A stretch of DNA of 64,000 nt, from NCBI GenBank assembly GCA_963639865.1, contig CAVHWO010000043.1, positions 2,113-66,112 on the forward strand, in the 5' to 3' direction. This DNA is from a bacterium. Lineage in GTDB: Bacteria > Bacteroidota > Bacteroidia > Bacteroidales > UBA932. The notes beneath the pieces were generated by a model. It had not been told where the DNA came from. It searched no databases and worked only from the letters and a program-made list of their open reading frames with translations. Position 1 is the stretch's first letter. The number at the start of each line of letters is the position of its first letter. A program made the translations under genes and the position numbers. Of this stretch, positions 39,201-48,651 are shown piece after piece.

Positions 39201-39318
39201 CTCACAACGATGCAAAGATAAGAATATTTTAGTGAATATGAAAATAAATTGCTTACTTTGCAGACCGATTTGGAAGAATTTTGATAAGTTATTTTTTTTA
39301 ACGGTTACTTAAGGAAAG

Positions 39319-40308
39319 ATGGAATTCACCGCAAAGCAATTGGCACAGGTACTCAAAGGAACAGTCGAGGGAGACCCGCAGGCGACGGTCACGTCATTTG
39401 CCAAGATCGAACATGGAAAACCGGGGCAATTGTGCTTTTTCGCGAATCCGAAGTATGAGAGGTACGTTTACACCTGCAGGGCAAGCATCCTGCTGGTGAA
39501 CAAGGACTTCACGCCGAAGGAGGCGGTGACGTCAACCTTGGTCAAGGTCGATGACGCGTACAAGTCTCTGGCCGACCTGCTTAAATATGTCTCCACGCAG
39601 AGACGCACCGACAAGAGGCACAGGGGTTTCCGTTCCTCCTGGTTCCTGACCACGAAATTCGGCAGAAAGGTCTATCTCGGCAGCCATTCCTACGTCGGGC
39701 ATCACGCCAAGGTGGGGGACTACACCAAGATCTACGAGAATGTCTATGTCGGTGACAACACTGTGATCGGCTCCCGCTGCATCATCTACCCCGGTGTCGT
39801 GATCTATCCGGGGATGGTGATCGGCGACAATGTGATCATCCACGCCAACGCCGTGATCGGCTCCGACGGATTCGGCAACGCACCGCTTAAGGACGGCTCC
39901 TGGGAGAAGATCGAACACATCGGCAACGTCGTCATCGGCAACAATGTCGAGATCGGCGCCGGCACGACGATCGACAAGTCCGAGATGGAGTCCACGATCA
40001 TCGGCAACGGAGTCAAGATCGACAATCTTTGTCAGATAGCCCATAATGTCCAGATCGGTGACAACACCGTGATGGCGGCCCAGTGCGGCATCGCCGGGTC
40101 CACCAAGATCGGAAAGAACTGCATTCTGGCCGGTCAGGTCGGCATAGCGGGGCATCTGAACATCGCCGACAACACCACGATCGGGGCCCAGTGCGGAGTG
40201 ATAGGCAACATCCGAAAGCCCGGTCAGGTGCTCCTTGGCTCTCCGGCCATCCCTCTGAAGAACTACCTTCGCAGCTATGCTGTCTTCAAGCAGCAGGGCG
40301 AGGAATAG
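39319..40308 (+). CDS. lpxD: UDP-3-O-acylglucosamine N-acyltransferase
   Basis: [26 protein letters not shown], hexapeptide repeats. Confidence 0.95.
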   Translation: MEFTAKQLAQVLKGTVEGDPQATVTSFAKIEHGKPGQLCFFANPKYERYVYTCRASILLVNKDFTPKEAVTSTLVKVDDAYKSLADLLKYVSTQRRTDKRHRGFRSSWFLTTKFGRKVYLGSHSYVGHHAKVGDYTKIYENVYVGDNTVIGSRCIIYPGVVIYPGMVIGDNVIIHANAVIGSDGFGNAPLKDGSWEKIEHIGNVVIGNNVEIGAGTTIDKSEMESTIIGNGVKIDNLCQIAHNVQIGDNTVMAAQCGIAGSTKIGKNCILAGQVGIAGHLNIADNTTIGAQCGVIGNIRKPGQVLLGSPAIPLKNYLRSYAVFKQQGEE

Positions 40309-40362
40309 CAGCCGACAGCCACGAAGTGGCGGGGTAATCCTTGAATATTCAAAAATCATTGC

Positions 40363-40370
40363 TATCTTTG
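40363..40370 (+). promoter_or_regulatory. Internal -7 promoter for lpxC-lpxA
   Basis: TATCTTTG(CA) in the 100-bp lpxD-lpxC gap. Confidence 0.55.
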
Positions 40371-40409
40371 CAGACTGCTGAATTTTACACAGTTTGCAAA
40401 AGACAGATT

Positions 40410-41327
40410 ATGACTCTAAATAAGCAAAAGACCCTTTCTGGTGAATATAAGTTTCACGGTAAAGGACTCCACACCGGACGGATTTCGACAATGATTCTCA
40501 AACCGGCACCTGAGAACACTGGGATAGTGTTCCATAGGGTGGATCTCGGTGAATCGGCGTTTGTCGAGGCTTTGGCCGAGAATGTGTCATCGACGGCCAG
40601 AAGCACCACTATCTCCAAAGGAGAGACCGCTGTCGCTACAATCGAGCACATAATGTCGGCTCTGACGGGCATGGGAGTGGATAACGCTCTAATCGAAATC
40701 GACAACGTGGAGGTCCCGATTCTTGACGGAAGTTCACGCTATTATGTCGAGGCCATCACCAAGGACGGTCTGAAGGAACAGGATGCGGAGAGAAAGTATG
40801 TGACCATCCCTGAGGAGATCGAGATCCGTGACGAGAAGACCGGCTCCTTCGTGAGGATCACCCCGGCCGAGGCACCGTCAATGGACATCACCGTTGACTT
40901 CGGCTCAAAAGTTCTCGGAGTCCAGACATCCCATTGGGATGAGTCAACCGACTATGCGACCCAGATCGGACCTTGCCGTACTTTCGTGTTCTTCCACGAG
41001 ATAGAGTATCTGTTCCAGAACAATCTGGTCAAGGGTGGGGATGTGGACAACGCCATCGTGATTGTCGAGCATCCGGTCCGGCCCGAGCAGGTAGAGAGAC
41101 TCTCGGCCCTTTTCAATGTGCCTGAACTTGCCATAAACGACAACGGCTACCTCAACAACCTCAAACTCCATTTCCCGAACGAATGCGGAAGGCACAAACT
41201 TCTGGACCTGATAGGTGATCTGAGGCTCGCCGGTGGCTATCTCAAGGCCAGGGTCACCGCTTTCAAGCCCGGACACACGATCAACACGCGGACAGCGGCT
41301 GCTATCCGCAAGGCAATAGAAAAATAA
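40410..41327 (+). CDS. lpxC: UDP-3-O-acyl-GlcNAc deacetylase (no FabZ fusion)
   Basis: GKGLHTG, TIEHIMSAL, PILDGS, RHKLLDLIGDL, KPGH. Confidence 0.95.
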   Translation: MTLNKQKTLSGEYKFHGKGLHTGRISTMILKPAPENTGIVFHRVDLGESAFVEALAENVSSTARSTTISKGETAVATIEHIMSALTGMGVDNALIEIDNVEVPILDGSSRYYVEAITKDGLKEQDAERKYVTIPEEIEIRDEKTGSFVRITPAEAPSMDITVDFGSKVLGVQTSHWDESTDYATQIGPCRTFVFFHEIEYLFQNNLVKGGDVDNAIVIVEHPVRPEQVERLSALFNVPELAINDNGYLNNLKLHFPNECGRHKLLDLIGDLRLAGGYLKARVTAFKPGHTINTRTAAAIRKAIEK

Positions 41328-41339
41328 GACATTTGGAAT

Positions 41340-42152
41340 ATGAACACAATTTCACCATTAGCGTCAGTCAGCCCGAAGGCGAAACTTGGCGACAACATTG
41401 AAATCGGACCGTTCGCGTTCATTGATGATGACGTGGAGATCGGCGATGGTTGCAGGATCCATCCGCATGCGATGATATATTCATACGTGAAGATGGGAAA
41501 GAACTGCCAGGTGTTTCCCGGGGCCGTCGTGGGAGCCATCCCTCAGGATCTTAAATATGAGGGAGAGGTCACTTATGTGGAGATTGGCGACAATGTCACA
41601 GTCCGTGAGTGCGTGACCATAAACCGCGGCACAAAGGCCAGCGGCAAGGGTGTGACTAGGATCGGAAACAACACCTTGCTGATGTCCTACGTCCACGTCG
41701 CGCACGATTGCGTTGTCGGCAACCATTGCATCCTCGTAAGTTTTGTCGGCATAGCCGGCGAGACCGTTGTCGATGACTGGGCGATCGTGGGAGGTGGAGC
41801 CAAGGCTCATCAGTTCTCCAAGATCGGCTGCCACGCCATGGTCGGCGGAATGTCCAAGATCAATAAGGACATTCCTCCTTATGTCCTCTGCGGACGTGAT
41901 CCTATCTGCTATTCAGGTGTGAATATTGTCGGACTCCGCCGTCGCGGATTTTCTTCCGATGTCATCCGAAACATCAGGGACATCTACGACACGATCTATT
42001 TCGCCGGCTACAACATCACCGACGGCTGCGCCAAAGTCGAGGCCGGATTCCCTCAGAGCGAGGAGCGTGACACGATCCTGAATTTCATCAGAAGCTCGAA
42101 GCGTGGAATCATCAGGGCGAACGACTCCCACGAGAAGGGGGAATTTGAATAG
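41340..42152 (+). CDS. lpxA: UDP-N-acetylglucosamine acyltransferase
   Basis: PQDLKY, RECVTINRGT, HVAHDC, HQF, GLRRRGF. Confidence 0.97.
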   Translation: MNTISPLASVSPKAKLGDNIEIGPFAFIDDDVEIGDGCRIHPHAMIYSYVKMGKNCQVFPGAVVGAIPQDLKYEGEVTYVEIGDNVTVRECVTINRGTKASGKGVTRIGNNTLLMSYVHVAHDCVVGNHCILVSFVGIAGETVVDDWAIVGGGAKAHQFSKIGCHAMVGGMSKINKDIPPYVLCGRDPICYSGVNIVGLRRRGFSSDVIRNIRDIYDTIYFAGYNITDGCAKVEAGFPQSEERDTILNFIRSSKRGIIRANDSHEKGEFE

Positions 42153-42921
42153 GCCTGAGGAGGAGGCTGTGCTGCTGAGTGTGGCATGGTTCCCGCCGGT
42201 CAGCTATTTTGCATTGATCGCTAAAGACTTCATCTTGTCCCCGGACAAGGTGAAGCCTTCTGTCGTTTATCTTGAGGCCTGCGAACATTACCAGAAACAG
42301 TCATGGCGGAACCGCTTCCGTTACTACGCCGCGGACGGTCCGGGAATCCTGAATTTCCCGATTGTCCATGAGGACGGCACTCACGAGCTGCCGATAACGG
42401 AGATCAAGGTGGATTACTCGACTCCGTGGCTGGTCCGTACCGAGCGGGCGATCTCGTCGGCCTACGAATCCTCCGCCTATTTTGAGTATTACAAGGACGA
42501 GCTGTTCGGAATCCTTGACTCCCGTCCCGAGACCCTTTTTGACCTGAATGTCCGGATAATCAAGTTTTTCCTTCGAAAGACAGGCATCTCCGCCGACCTG
42601 AGGATGACCGATGAATATGTTCCTGTCCTCTCCCGTGAGGCTCCTGTGGACACGGGACTCTACGGAATGGACTACCGGGAGCTCATCCATCCGAAACGTC
42701 CGGACAACATCCTGAAAGATCTTGGACTGGAAAAACCGTACTTTCAGGTTTTTGCCCGGAAGTACGGTTTCGTTTCCAATCTTTCCATCATGGACCTTCT
42801 GTTCAACGAAGGTCCAGACTCAATCTCTTATCTTAAGAACCTTAAGAAACAACCTTTAGAACCTCCATCCGAATGTCGCCGTGACGCTGTAGATGCTCCT
42901 CTTGTTGAGGATCATCGGTGA
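42145..42921 (+). CDS. WbqC-like family protein
   Basis: YQKQSWRNR, SAYFEYY, PYFQVF..KYGFVSNLSIMDLLFNEGP; start uncertain (TTG overlapping the lpxA stop). Confidence 0.85.
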   Translation: MNRPEEEAVLLSVAWFPPVSYFALIAKDFILSPDKVKPSVVYLEACEHYQKQSWRNRFRYYAADGPGILNFPIVHEDGTHELPITEIKVDYSTPWLVRTERAISSAYESSAYFEYYKDELFGILDSRPETLFDLNVRIIKFFLRKTGISADLRMTDEYVPVLSREAPVDTGLYGMDYRELIHPKRPDNILKDLGLEKPYFQVFARKYGFVSNLSIMDLLFNEGPDSISYLKNLKKQPLEPPSECRRDAVDAPLVEDHR

Positions 42922-44556
42922 CGCCATATCCTCAAGATAGTCGGCGTAAGGAGAGATGTATTCATCCGACAGTGTCATCAGCCTGGCCGCGAGGTCGGCG
43001 AAGAATGACCCGTCCGAGGAATATCCGAGGCCTACGGAGAATGAGTTTATCCTGTCGTTCAGGGTTGTCTTCGCCGTTCCTTTGTAAACATATTCAGGAG
43101 TGGTGGTGAAGTTGTAACCCGCGCGCACGGCAAATTCCGCCCTTGGCTTGAACTCCGCACCGATCCTTACCATGTGCGACATGCCCATGCAGTCACGGAT
43201 CTCGTCGTTCAGGTCATCAAAAGTGCTGTCCCAACCATTCATGCTCATGAATTTCATGGTGCTGTAGTCGGTCATCTCGTAGTCTGCGCTGATAAGGGCC
43301 ATCCCTGCGAACGTGAACGCCGCTCCGGCATTTATCCTGTATGGAGAACGTACTCTGTAGGAATAGCTGCCTTCCGGAGTCTGGGCTGATCCATTGAACT
43401 GGGTGTAGGTGTAGTTCACATTCACGTCATGACGCCAACGCTCGTTGATCTCCATGATTGTCGGGGTCTGTACGGCGGCTCCAAGACGGATCCCGTCAAC
43501 CGGTCTCCAAAGGAAACCGACCTTGCCATAGACACCGCTGCCGTCCGCAGTGTAGGAGTAGCGTGTGCGGTAGTCGCTGAAGCATGTCTTCCCCTTTTCT
43601 CCGAAATCGATCCCGAAAGCTGACGGATTTTCAGCCGCTTCCTTGAAAAACTCATCATAGTTGTAACCCAGGGATGTGATTCCGAGGTTGGCTCCCAGAT
43701 AGAATGTGTCACCGAAATTGAACCCCACATTGATCAGTGCGTCGTATTTGCTTCCAGTCACCTTGCGGCCGTAGGTCTGGTTCAAGGCTCCCGGGAGGTA
43801 AACGTTGTAGATGTAGTTGCCGTCCGCATCCATCTCTCGGGTGTTCTCGAAAGCTTCGGTCGCCCCGATGTAACGCCAGTAATATGCAGGGTCTTCCGTG
43901 TCTCCGTAGTTGGCTATAGCCCCTGCCTGTGCGTTGGCGATCACATTCCAGGGTGCGTACATGTTCCTGTCGTCCGCATTGTAGTAGGCGTTGTTCCAGG
44001 CGTCGATGTCTTTCCCGGCCGCATCACGGTATCCGTTCAGGAAGTCAATGTCGAAACCGTCCGCCGCCACGGCCATCGAACTGATGTAGCTTGTCTTGTC
44101 GTTCCGGCCTCCTGCCATCATCTTGCCGGTGAAGTTATTCGTCCCGTTGACGACGAATCCGTAGGTTATCGCCTTGAGACCGCTTCTGTTGCCGGTTTTC
44201 CAGTTGAAGGTGGCTCCGATGTTCGGCATGGAGAACCGTGTCAGATTCGTGCTCCTTCCGTTGGTGAATCTGTCCACATCTCCGACCGGATAAGCACTGT
44301 ATGACGCGTTCATCGAACTTATGGTCAGATTCGGCGTGATCGTGAACTGGGAATATCCCGCCACCGCCGATCCCGCAGGGTTGATCCCGATGGATCCGAG
44401 ATCTCCGCCGACGGCGGTCATGGCGTTGCCCATTCCGATCGATCTCGCAGTGCCGTAATAGTTGTTCTGACTGAATGTCAGCCCGTCGTACATTGTCTGC
44501 GCCCCGGCCGCCATCGCGGTCAATGAGAGCAGGACTGTGAATATTGTCTTCTTCAT
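42856..44556 (-). CDS. OmpP1/FadL/TodX-family outer-membrane beta-barrel
   Basis: Signal peptide; GTARSIGMGNAMTAVGGD...NPAG; C-terminal TFGWRF. Confidence 0.88.
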   Translation of the reverse strand: MKKTIFTVLLSLTAMAAGAQTMYDGLTFSQNNYYGTARSIGMGNAMTAVGGDLGSIGINPAGSAVAGYSQFTITPNLTISSMNASYSAYPVGDVDRFTNGRSTNLTRFSMPNIGATFNWKTGNRSGLKAITYGFVVNGTNNFTGKMMAGGRNDKTSYISSMAVAADGFDIDFLNGYRDAAGKDIDAWNNAYYNADDRNMYAPWNVIANAQAGAIANYGDTEDPAYYWRYIGATEAFENTREMDADGNYIYNVYLPGALNQTYGRKVTGSKYDALINVGFNFGDTFYLGANLGITSLGYNYDEFFKEAAENPSAFGIDFGEKGKTCFSDYRTRYSYTADGSGVYGKVGFLWRPVDGIRLGAAVQTPTIMEINERWRHDVNVNYTYTQFNGSAQTPEGSYSYRVRSPYRINAGAAFTFAGMALISADYEMTDYSTMKFMSMNGWDSTFDDLNDEIRDCMGMSHMVRIGAEFKPRAEFAVRAGYNFTTTPEYVYKGTAKTTLNDRINSFSVGLGYSSDGSFFADLAARLMTLSDEYISPYADYLEDMASPMILNKRSIYSVTATFGWRF

Positions 44557-44574
44557 TTCATCCGATTTTAATGG

Positions 44575-45885
44575 TTACCTTCTTCCGCCTCCGCTTCTTG
44601 AGCTGCCTCCTCCGCTGTAGGAACCTCCGGAGCTTCTGGACGATCCTCCGGAACTGTAGGAACTGCCGGAATAACTGCGGCTTGAACTGCCGGAAGAGTA
44701 TGAACTTCTGTTTGTGGAGTTGCTGCCGGAACTTCTCGTTGAGCCGGAAGAATAGTTACCGCTTGAGGAAGATCTGTAGGAAGAACTTGAGGATCTGTAG
44801 CTTCCTGAGGAACTCCTGCCGGAATTGCCGGAAGAGACGCTTCCCGAAGATGTTCCGCTGGAGCTTCTGTTACCGCTTGACGGCCTTGAGTACGTTGCCG
44901 AAGAGGACGATGAGCGTGTGCTGCCGTAGGAAGACCTTACGGAAGAGGATCCGGTTGAGACTCCGGATGATGACGAGCCGTTCTGCCTTGCCGTACTCCC
45001 TGCCGATGATCTGACGGATGATGATCTGGCCGAGGAGGATCTTACCGATGACGAGGCGGTTCTGCTTGCCGGAGAAACCGAAGACCTTGTGCTGCCAGTG
45101 CGTCCGCCGACGCTTGAGGATCTGGTTGATGATGCTGCCATCGAGGATCTTGTCGAGGCGGAACCGCTTCTCCCGTTGGAAGAGTCGGTTGTGGTCAGGC
45201 GCGGAGTGTGGACACGTCCGCTGCCGGGACCGAAGAAGTCATGGACGTTGTGGTGATGGGGAGCGTGTCCCCATCCTCCGTGATGCCACGGATCATGCCA
45301 GCCTCCGTACCAGCCGCCATAGTACCAAGGATCCCAATGCCAATGGCTGTACCATCCGCTGTAATACCACGGATCGCTCCAGCCCCAACCCCAGGAATAG
45401 CTGTAGTACCATGGGTCATAATGCCACGGCGAGTACCATCCGCCGTAGTACCAAGGATTCGCCCCCCAGTAGATTGAGGAGTAGAAAGGACGACCCCAGA
45501 AGTACCATGACGTGGCATACCAAGGCTGGTAGGCCGCCCAGGTGTCCCACCCGTTGTCGTAAAGATAGACGGATGTTGTGTTGTCCGTGTTGTTGAAGTC
45601 TATTCTCGCCGTCTTGTTCTCGGGGATGAACAGGGTGTCAACCTTCCCGTCGCTTTTCATGAAGATCGGAGAGTCCTTGGTCTTTGCCACAAGAAGATCC
45701 GTCTCTTCCTCATTGGCGGAAGCGATGGCCTCCTCGGCCTGGATCCTTGCCTCGTCGGACTTTGACGTATAGTAGATTCCATCCTGATACTTCTGTCCGG
45801 AAGCATCGCTGGCATAACGCGCCGCTGAACCGCACGAAGTCAGTGCCAGAAGCGCCGAGATAAAGAGGATTGTGCGTGTTTTCAT
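44575..45885 (-). CDS. Lipoprotein with Trp/Tyr/Gly repeats and a Ser/Arg/Gly low-complexity tail
   Basis: Lipobox LTS-C, DGIYY motif, repeated DPWYYxGW, about 200-aa Ser-rich C-terminus; start moved to ATG at 45885. Confidence 0.8.
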   Translation of the reverse strand: MKTRTILFISALLALTSCGSAARYASDASGQKYQDGIYYTSKSDEARIQAEEAIASANEEETDLLVAKTKDSPIFMKSDGKVDTLFIPENKTARIDFNNTDNTTSVYLYDNGWDTWAAYQPWYATSWYFWGRPFYSSIYWGANPWYYGGWYSPWHYDPWYYSYSWGWGWSDPWYYSGWYSHWHWDPWYYGGWYGGWHDPWHHGGWGHAPHHHNVHDFFGPGSGRVHTPRLTTTDSSNGRSGSASTRSSMAASSTRSSSVGGRTGSTRSSVSPASRTASSSVRSSSARSSSVRSSAGSTARQNGSSSSGVSTGSSSVRSSYGSTRSSSSSATYSRPSSGNRSSSGTSSGSVSSGNSGRSSSGSYRSSSSSYRSSSSGNYSSGSTRSSGSNSTNRSSYSSGSSSRSYSGSSYSSGGSSRSSGGSYSGGGSSRSGGGRR

Positions 45886-46037
45886 TTCTGAATCTCCTAT
45901 ATTTGACAATAAATTCGTAACTTCGTGGCCGCATCCGTAAGGTGTGGGCCACACAAATGTTCCCGATGAACAAAATCCATACCTTATGGGAATATTGCAC
46001 AATAATAAGCATAATTGACAGAAACAGCAAAAGAATA

Positions 46038-47516
46038 ATGGCAAAGGAAGTGACAAAAAGGTCTGAGAACTATTCTCAGTGGTACAATGATCTGGTTGTG
46101 AAGGCGGATTTGGCGGAGCAGTCCGCCGTCAGGGGATGCATGGTCATAAAGCCTTACGGCTATGCGATCTGGGAGAAGATGCAGCATGCGTTGGACTCCA
46201 TGTTCAAGGAGACGGGAGCGGTCAACGCCTATTTTCCTCTCTTCATTCCTAAGTCATTCTTCAGCAGGGAGGCCGAGCATGTGGCCGGGTTCGCCAAGGA
46301 GTGCGCGGTCGTCACACATCACAGGCTCATGAATGATCCTGAGGGGCATGGCGTTGTCGTGGATCCGTCGGCCAGGCTTGAGGAAGAGTTGATAGTGAGA
46401 CCTACATCCGAGACCATCATCTGGAGCACCTACAAGAATTGGATCACATCCTGGAGGGATTTGCCTATCATGTGCAACCAGTGGGCGAATGTTGTCCGCT
46501 GGGAGATGCGCACAAGGCTTTTCCTCCGTACCGCCGAGTTCCTCTGGCAGGAGGGCCACACGGCTCACGCCACTGCGCAGGAGGCTCAGGAAGAGGCTGA
46601 AAGGATGGTCGGGGTGTATGCCAGGTTCGCGCGCGAGTTCATGGCCCTTCCGGTGATCGTGGGACACAAGAGTCCCAACGAGAGGTTCGCCGGAGCCCTG
46701 GACACCCTCACGATCGAGGCCATGATGCAGGACGGAAAGGCTCTTCAGGCAGGGACGTCGCATTTCCTCGGACAGAATTTCGCAAAGTCCTTCGACGTGA
46801 AATACACAGACAAGGAAGGTCAGCAGCAATATGTCTGGGCCACATCCTGGGGTGCTTCAACAAGACTCATGGGTGCGCTCGTGATGGCGCACGGCGATGA
46901 CAACGGGCTTGTACTGCCTCCGGCCCTGGCTCCGATCCAGGTGGTCATGGTTCCGATCTACAAGACCGACGGGGAGCATTCCGAAATCCTTGAGAAGATG
47001 GATCAGCTGAAGAAAGCCCTTGAGGCTGAGGGACACACGGTCAAGATTGATGACCGCGACACTCTGCGTCCGGGATTCAAGTTCGCCGAGTGGGAACTCA
47101 AGGGAGTTCCGGTCCGCCTGGCGATGGGACCTCGGGATCTTGAGAACGGCACTGTGGAGGTGCACAGAAGAGACACCCTTGAAAAACAGACAGTCGCTCT
47201 CGACGGACTTGACAAATCAATCGCCGCCCTGTTGGACGACATCCAGAAGACGATTTACCGGAAGGCTTTTGATTTCCGGGGGACTCACGTGGAGAAGTGC
47301 GATGACTGGGAGGAGTTCAAGGCGAAGATCGGTACCGGCAGGTTCCTGCTCTGCCACTGGGACGGCACAGCCGAGACTGAGCAGAAGATCAAGGACGAGA
47401 CCAAGGCCACGATCAGGTGCATCCCTGTGGACAGTTTTGTCTGCGAGGAGGAAGGCAGGGACATCTATTCCGGCAAGCCTTCGAGGCAGAGGGTCGTGTT
47501 CGCCATTTCTTATTAA
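46038..47516 (+). CDS. proS: Proline--tRNA ligase (archaeal/eukaryote-like type)
   Basis: [47 protein letters not shown]. Confidence 0.98.
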   Translation: MAKEVTKRSENYSQWYNDLVVKADLAEQSAVRGCMVIKPYGYAIWEKMQHALDSMFKETGAVNAYFPLFIPKSFFSREAEHVAGFAKECAVVTHHRLMNDPEGHGVVVDPSARLEEELIVRPTSETIIWSTYKNWITSWRDLPIMCNQWANVVRWEMRTRLFLRTAEFLWQEGHTAHATAQEAQEEAERMVGVYARFAREFMALPVIVGHKSPNERFAGALDTLTIEAMMQDGKALQAGTSHFLGQNFAKSFDVKYTDKEGQQQYVWATSWGASTRLMGALVMAHGDDNGLVLPPALAPIQVVMVPIYKTDGEHSEILEKMDQLKKALEAEGHTVKIDDRDTLRPGFKFAEWELKGVPVRLAMGPRDLENGTVEVHRRDTLEKQTVALDGLDKSIAALLDDIQKTIYRKAFDFRGTHVEKCDDWEEFKAKIGTGRFLLCHWDGTAETEQKIKDETKATIRCIPVDSFVCEEEGRDIYSGKPSRQRVVFAISY

Positions 47517-47538
47517 CTGACAATTCTGTAAACTGACT

Positions 47539-48639
47539 ATGAACGGAAAGACACTGAAGCGCATGGTCTTGTCCATGACATTGTCCATCATGGCGTTAGG
47601 GGTCTGTGCCCAGAACACCACGGAAAAGAATGATACCCAGTCGGCCGCTGCCGCTGCCGCCAAACTTCTGACGCAGACGGAAGAGACCAAGGTCGAGGCT
47701 CCGAAGCCGGACTATTGGACCAAGTCGTTGATGACGAATCTGAACTTTGTCCAGAGCAGTTTCACGAACTGGGCAAAGGGTGGTTACAACAACTACGCCC
47801 TCAGTACCTACATTGACGGCAATGCGAAATGGAAGAAGAATGAGATGTACTGGAACAACCGTCTCCAGCTGGACTACGGTTTCCTCTACTCGGCCGACAA
47901 ACCCATTCTCCAGAAGAACAAGGACCGGATCCTCTTCGAGAGTACATGGGGCTACAAGGCAACCAACACCTTGAACTATTCCGCCAAGTTCACGTTCCTC
48001 AGCCAGTTCGCCAACGGCTACAACTATCCGACTCCCGCTGTGGAGGAGGACAGGGAGCCGTCAAGCAAGGATTGGAGAAATGCCCGTGTGCTGAAGTCCA
48101 GCATCCTTTCTCCGGGAACGGTGAATCTGGGTCTCGGTATCGACTGGGTGCCGAGCAAATGGCTGACAGTCAATATGGCACCGGTCACCGGAGGATTCAC
48201 CATCGTCGGAAGCGAGAGGTTGAGGAAGAACAATGGTATGGCAAGAAAAAAGAAGTACGAGGACACGGAGGAATATCCTGACAGCATGGATGAGAAGAAC
48301 ATCTACTACACGACTGGAAACTACTACAAGCCGGCCCGGTTCGAGTTCGGTGCGCAGTTGACGGCCGATGCTAAATTGAGGGTCAACGACAACTTTGAGG
48401 GGTCCACGCATCTGCTCCTGTTCTCCAACTACCTCAATAACCCGGGGAACCTCCGTGTGAACTGGGACACCCGCATGATGTGGAAGCTCAGCAGGTTCTT
48501 CTCGCTGAACATCACTACCAACCTTATCTACGACGACACGGTCCTCATCACGGACAAGAATGGCGACACTGGCCGGAGGGTGCAGTTCGCGCAGGCTCTC
48601 CAGTTCGGCTTTACCTACACTTTCGCAAGCAAGAAATAG
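47539..48639 (+). CDS. DUF3078 outer-membrane beta-barrel protein
   Basis: Signal peptide; Q.SFTNWAKGG, WNNRLQLDYG, SQFANGY, terminal FGFTYTF. Confidence 0.75.
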   Translation: MNGKTLKRMVLSMTLSIMALGVCAQNTTEKNDTQSAAAAAAKLLTQTEETKVEAPKPDYWTKSLMTNLNFVQSSFTNWAKGGYNNYALSTYIDGNAKWKKNEMYWNNRLQLDYGFLYSADKPILQKNKDRILFESTWGYKATNTLNYSAKFTFLSQFANGYNYPTPAVEEDREPSSKDWRNARVLKSSILSPGTVNLGLGIDWVPSKWLTVNMAPVTGGFTIVGSERLRKNNGMARKKKYEDTEEYPDSMDEKNIYYTTGNYYKPARFEFGAQLTADAKLRVNDNFEGSTHLLLFSNYLNNPGNLRVNWDTRMMWKLSRFFSLNITTNLIYDDTVLITDKNGDTGRRVQFAQALQFGFTYTFASKK

Positions 48640-48651
48640 AAAATTCCGGGC

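Noticed and set aside
45902..45930. Second ECF-like promoter (GTCAAA) upstream of the W-rich lipoprotein
   Set aside because: -10 matches the 1795-1800 element but the -35 position reads GCCACG, not AAACC; it also overlaps a likely proS -7 variant (TAACTTCG)
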